DNA of 64,000 nucleotides from Gammaproteobacteria bacterium (GTDB lineage Bacteria; Pseudomonadota; Gammaproteobacteria; Eutrophobiales; Eutrophobiaceae): NCBI GenBank assembly GCA_965207165.1, contig OZ242265.1, positions 3,627,373 to 3,691,372 of the forward strand, read 5' to 3'. Shown piece by piece: positions 60,390 to 64,000 of this stretch (position 1 is its first letter; each line of letters starts with the position of its first letter). The notes under the pieces were generated by a model. It saw only the letters and a program-made list of their open reading frames with translations, ran no database searches and was not told where the DNA came from. The position numbers and the translations under genes were made by a program.

Positions 60390-61712
60390 TTACTCAAACA
60401 AGGCAATGGATTCAACATGGGAAGTGTGGGGGAACATATCCATTACTCCGGCGGCCTTCAGGCTTAACTTTCCCTGTTGTACCAGGATTCCCGCATCCCG
60501 GGCCAGGGTTGCCGGATTGCAGGATACATACACCAGCTTTGCCACGCGTTGCAGGTCCAGTTGCTCGATAATCTCGCGGGCGCCGCTGCGCGGGGGGTCA
60601 AGCAAGACCTTGTTGTAGTCCCATGCTGCTGACTGGTCACCCGCATCCGTTCCCGACAAGTCGCATACGCTGAAATTGACGTTGGTCAGACCGTTCAACA
60701 GCGCATTATCCGCTGCGCGGCGGACCAGGTCTGCCGACCCTTCAATCCCGGTTGCGTGGTTTGCATACCTGGCGATGGGAAGGGTAAAGTTGCCCAGGCC
60801 GCAGTACAGGTCCAGGACCGAGTCGGTGCCGGACAAGTCCAGTAATGAGATAACCCGGTCAACCAGCAAGGGGTTAAGTTCAAAATTCACCTGGGTAAAA
60901 TCAACGGGGAAAAATTCTATAGTGACGTTGTGCTTGTCCAGCCGGTAATGCAGGCCCTGTTCAACCTGGCCGGATAAGCTGTGAATACTGTCCAGTCCGG
61001 CAGGCTGCAGGTAGAACCTGACCGGATGCATTTGCTCGTACCCTGCCAGGGCGCTTTTATCATTATCAGTCAATGGCGCCAGGTGCCGGATGACAATAGC
61101 GGCGACTGCATCACTTACCGCCACCTCCAACTGGGGAATCTGCCGGTAAATCGACAGACCCCGGATCAGTTCCTTTAGTTGCCCGATGGTTTGTCCGAGG
61201 AACGGATGCAGCACCTCGCAGGAATCGATATCAGCAATGAAACGGCTGTTCTTTTCCCTGAAACCCACCAGCACTTTTTCCTTCCCGTCGACGTATTTCA
61301 CGCCCATCCTGGCTTTACGCCGGTAGCCCCAGTGAGATGCCGACAGGGGTGGGATAACCCGTTCGGGCGCCACCCCGGCGATGTGTTGCAACTGTTCCAG
61401 TAAAACCGATTGTTTATGTAAAATCTGCTGAGCGTTGTCCAGGTGCATCAGGCTGCAACCGCCGCACATATCATAGTGCCGGCAGCGGGGTTCGGCCCGT
61501 AACGCCGATGGCTCGATCACTTCTACCGTGCGACCTTCGTCGAATTGCCCGCGCCTGCGTGTATACACGAACCGGATTTGCTCACCCGGCAGGGCACCCT
61601 GTATGAATACTGTCTTGCCGTTGATTCGGGCTATGCCCCGGCCTTCATGGGAGAGAGCTTCTACTATGGCTGATATCGGTTCGGCAGGTGGTTTATTCCG
61701 CTGGCGGGGCAT
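60390..61712 (-). CDS. rlmD: 23S rRNA (uracil1939-C5)-methyltransferase.
   Basis: A TRAM domain, CRHYDMCGGCSLMH Fe-S cysteines and SAM-MTase motifs. Confidence 0.85.
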   Translation of the reverse strand: MPRQRNKPPAEPISAIVEALSHEGRGIARINGKTVFIQGALPGEQIRFVYTRRRGQFDEGRTVEVIEPSALRAEPRCRHYDMCGGCSLMHLDNAQQILHKQSVLLEQLQHIAGVAPERVIPPLSASHWGYRRKARMGVKYVDGKEKVLVGFREKNSRFIADIDSCEVLHPFLGQTIGQLKELIRGLSIYRQIPQLEVAVSDAVAAIVIRHLAPLTDNDKSALAGYEQMHPVRFYLQPAGLDSIHSLSGQVEQGLHYRLDKHNVTIEFFPVDFTQVNFELNPLLVDRVISLLDLSGTDSVLDLYCGLGNFTLPIARYANHATGIEGSADLVRRAADNALLNGLTNVNFSVCDLSGTDAGDQSAAWDYNKVLLDPPRSGAREIIEQLDLQRVAKLVYVSCNPATLARDAGILVQQGKLSLKAAGVMDMFPHTSHVESIALFE

Positions 61713-61826
61713 TGGCGGATTATATCAGTCTTAACTGATGTCACGAACAGTTGGATTTGCACTACGTGTATCATACACTTTGTAAAAATCAGGAGGTCAA
61801 GCCTGGTGTTACCGGGAAACGGGAAA

Positions 61827-62978
61827 ATGTTGAATGTGCTCCATGTCGTTCCAAGCATGTCACCCTCATGGGGCGGGCCGGCAATCGTCGCATCGGAACT
61901 GACGTCGGAACTTGTCCGGCGCGGGGTGCGATGCGAGATTGTGACAGCCCATGGGTACAGGGTAGGCACAGGCCAGGTACCGACCCCCGGCGTGCCCATC
62001 ACCAGCTATGCTACGGAGTTGCCGGCGCGGTTATGGATCGGCTACTCAAGGGAAATGACCCGGTTTATGCGAGAAAGGACCGGTAGCTTCGACCTCATCC
62101 ATGTCCACGAAATATGGCATTACCCCGCTTTTGCGGCGTTTTATGCCGCAAGGCGGCACAAGCTCCCCTATGTTGTGACCATACACGGCGAACTCAGTGA
62201 CTGGGGTCTTCGGCAGAAGGCGCTGAAGAAGCGGCTGTACAGGTTGTGTGGACTGGACCGGCGGCTGAACGAAGCCGGTTCGCTTCATGCAATCACCAGC
62301 ACCGAAAAAGAACAGATTCTCAAGCTGGGCTATAAGGCGCCGGTGTTGATTGCCCCAAACGGCATTAACCCATCCATATTCGAGGCGTTACCTTCTCCAG
62401 CCAGGTTTTTACAACGCTTCCCGGCTTTAAAAGGAAAGCGCGTAGTGCTTTTCCTGGGCCGGCTGCATCTCAAGAAAGGCCTGGACATATTGGCGCGAAG
62501 TTTTTCGATGATCGCCAGGCAATTTGAAGACGCGATACTACTGGTTGCAGGCCCCGATAAGTTCGGCACCCGGCGAAACATGGAGTCCATCCTGCGTTCG
62601 AAAGGCCTGCTGGACAGAGCGGTGTTTACAGGACTGTTGACCGGTGAAGACAAACTGGCAGCGATGAATTATGCCGACCTTTTCGTATTGCCGTCACATT
62701 CCGACGTGCTGGGGATAGCCGTGATGGAGGCGATGGCGGCGCGGTTGCCGGTTATCATAACCTCCGGGTGTGAGTTCCCGGAGGTTTCCGAACGTGCAGC
62801 GGGTCTTGTCGTTGAAGCTGACGATGCATCCGTTGCCGCAGCCATAAGCCGGTTGCTGGCAGATGAAAACCTGCGCAAGCGCATGGGCCAACAGGGGAAT
62901 AAACTGGTTAACGAACGATATACCTGGCAGGCAACGGCGGATACGATAGTTGGCCTCTATACGGGTCTCGTGTCCTGA
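61827..62978 (+). CDS. Glycosyltransferase family 4 (GT-B, RfaG-like).
   Basis: A VLHVVPSMSPSWGG N-terminus and an EX7E-type C-terminal region. Confidence 0.8.
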   Translation: MLNVLHVVPSMSPSWGGPAIVASELTSELVRRGVRCEIVTAHGYRVGTGQVPTPGVPITSYATELPARLWIGYSREMTRFMRERTGSFDLIHVHEIWHYPAFAAFYAARRHKLPYVVTIHGELSDWGLRQKALKKRLYRLCGLDRRLNEAGSLHAITSTEKEQILKLGYKAPVLIAPNGINPSIFEALPSPARFLQRFPALKGKRVVLFLGRLHLKKGLDILARSFSMIARQFEDAILLVAGPDKFGTRRNMESILRSKGLLDRAVFTGLLTGEDKLAAMNYADLFVLPSHSDVLGIAVMEAMAARLPVIITSGCEFPEVSERAAGLVVEADDASVAAAISRLLADENLRKRMGQQGNKLVNERYTWQATADTIVGLYTGLVS

Positions 62979-64000
62979 TGAGCGATAACGGCGGGCGTGA
63001 AATGAGCCTCAGCGCGCGTACGCTCAGCGGACTGGGATGGTCTTACCTGGCTACCTTTATCAAGGCTCTCATGTCCTTGCTGGTGCTGGTGATCCTCGCC
63101 CGGTTGCTCGAACCGGTTGATTTTGGACTGCTTGCTATTGCCTGGATTTTTATCCTGTTCGGCTTGAGAGTCGGCCAGGCGTTTGTCGGGCCCGCAATCA
63201 TCCAGCGGTCTGAGTTGACCGAGCGTCATATTCAAGCCGGTTTCACCCTGTCGTTGATAGCAGGTGTTTTCCTGGCGGTAATCATCTATCTGCTTGCGCC
63301 GCTTGTCGGTGGGTTTTTTAATGAAGCAACGGCGTCCCGTGTCCTGCAGACGTTATCGGTGATTTTTCTCATTAACAGTATCGGCAATGTACCTGTCCAC
63401 TTGCTGCGCCGCGAACTCCGCTTCAGGGAGTTGATGTTTGCCGACATACTGGCCTATTCCATTGGTTACGGATTTACGGCCGTCATCCTCGCGTTCCAGG
63501 GTTATGGTGTATGGGCCCTGGTCTGGGGCGAGATCATGCACAAGGTCATCCATACGCTCATGGTATTCCGTTGTATTCATGTACGCCTTTATCCCCGTTG
63601 GGCGCCGGATGAAGCAACTGACCTGCTTTCCACCGGAGCCGGATTTTCGCTGGCCCGGTTTTTTGAGTTCATCGCCCGGCAGGGTGGTCATTTCGTTATC
63701 GGGCGCTGGGTAGGCGCCGCGTCACTCGGGTTTTACACGCGGGCGGACAAGCTGATCCTGTTGCCGAGAAACTATGTCAGCCAGGGTTTGTTCCATGTTC
63801 TGTTTCCTGCGATGGCGCAGCGGCAACAGGGAACGGATAGTCTGGCGAGCGTATACCTGCACGGTACCGAGATATTATCGCTGGTAGCGCTGCCGATTGG
63901 CGTCATGTTGTATGTCTGCGCCCCCGAAATTGTCACCGTGATCCTGGGTGGGCAGTGGGGTCCGGTTGTTATTCTCCTCCAGATCCTGGCGTTTGCCGTT
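62978..64000 (+). CDS. Wzx-like oligosaccharide flippase / polysaccharide biosynthesis protein, 3' partial at the window end.
   Basis: An open frame with no stop through 64000, translated by hand from the sequence. It has multiple TM segments and a TGATG overlap with the GT4 stop. Confidence 0.7.
   Translation, partial: MSDNGGREMSLSARTLSGLGWSYLATFIKALMSLLVLVILARLLEPVDFGLLAIAWIFILFGLRVGQAFVGPAIIQRSELTERHIQAGFTLSLIAGVFLAVIIYLLAPLVGGFFNEATASRVLQTLSVIFLINSIGNVPVHLLRRELRFRELMFADILAYSIGYGFTAVILAFQGYGVWALVWGEIMHKVIHTLMVFRCIHVRLYPRWAPDEATDLLSTGAGFSLARFFEFIARQGGHFVIGRWVGAASLGFYTRADKLILLPRNYVSQGLFHVLFPAMAQRQQGTDSLASVYLHGTEILSLVALPIGVMLYVCAPEIVTVILGGQWGPVVILLQILAFAV

Overview
High-GC (~60-65%) proteobacterial chromosome segment, most likely from a gamma- or betaproteobacterium; the exact taxon cannot be told from the sequence. 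It is densely coded, with about 70 CDS and no rRNA, tRNA or CRISPR detected. Many ORF-track starts are GTG or TTG printed as M, so several starts were re-assigned here. Layout by region follows. (1) 1-3578: two tandem giant ankyrin-repeat proteins that share a conserved C-terminal module. The second carries polylysine tracts and a C-terminal domain that I read as a YoeB/RelE-fold toxin, giving a polymorphic-toxin or effector-like architecture. (2) 3.6-25 kb: mixed metabolic genes. These are a polysaccharide deacetylase, acyl-CoA ligase, quinone oxidoreductase, threonine aldolase, MtnA, crotonase, PhnW, KorAB, an Nramp-like transporter, a GMC dehydrogenase pair, YceI/cytochrome b561, a DASS transporter and a group of signal-peptide/Tat-exported enzymes. 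(3) 26.3-28.2 kb: a low-GC patch with a HigB(Gp49)/HigA toxin-antitoxin pair and a type III secretion chaperone-fold (CesT/YbjN-like) orphan. (4) 28-52 kb: a large catabolic island for aromatic and N-containing aromatic compounds. It holds two paralogous Rieske alpha-subunit genes, each translationally coupled to a conserved 113-116 aa partner of unknown family. It also holds a formamidase, an amidase, an M20 deacylase, a Rieske ferredoxin, DUF1989, CoxG and two CarAa-like (carbazole 1,9a-dioxygenase-type) single-subunit Rieske oxygenases. Further members are an azoreductase-like flavoprotein, a type I extradiol dioxygenase, an embedded trxB, a CarC/BphD-like C-C hydrolase, a Tat-signal carotenoid-cleavage-type oxygenase and RidA (2-aminomuconate-deaminase-like). 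The island ends with a two-subunit LigB-type (AmnBA-like) extradiol dioxygenase and a PQQ dehydrogenase with a cytochrome c and an MBL hydrolase. (5) 54-64 kb: housekeeping and cell-envelope genes. These are leuA with a Leu-rich leader peptide, UDG4, rimI, cysM, an exonuclease, galE, an L,D-transpeptidase, rlmD, a GT4 glycosyltransferase and a Wzx-like flippase. Two families of REP-like palindromic repeats and a triple 23-bp-phased direct repeat were also found. No transcriptional regulator gene other than HigA is visible in the window.
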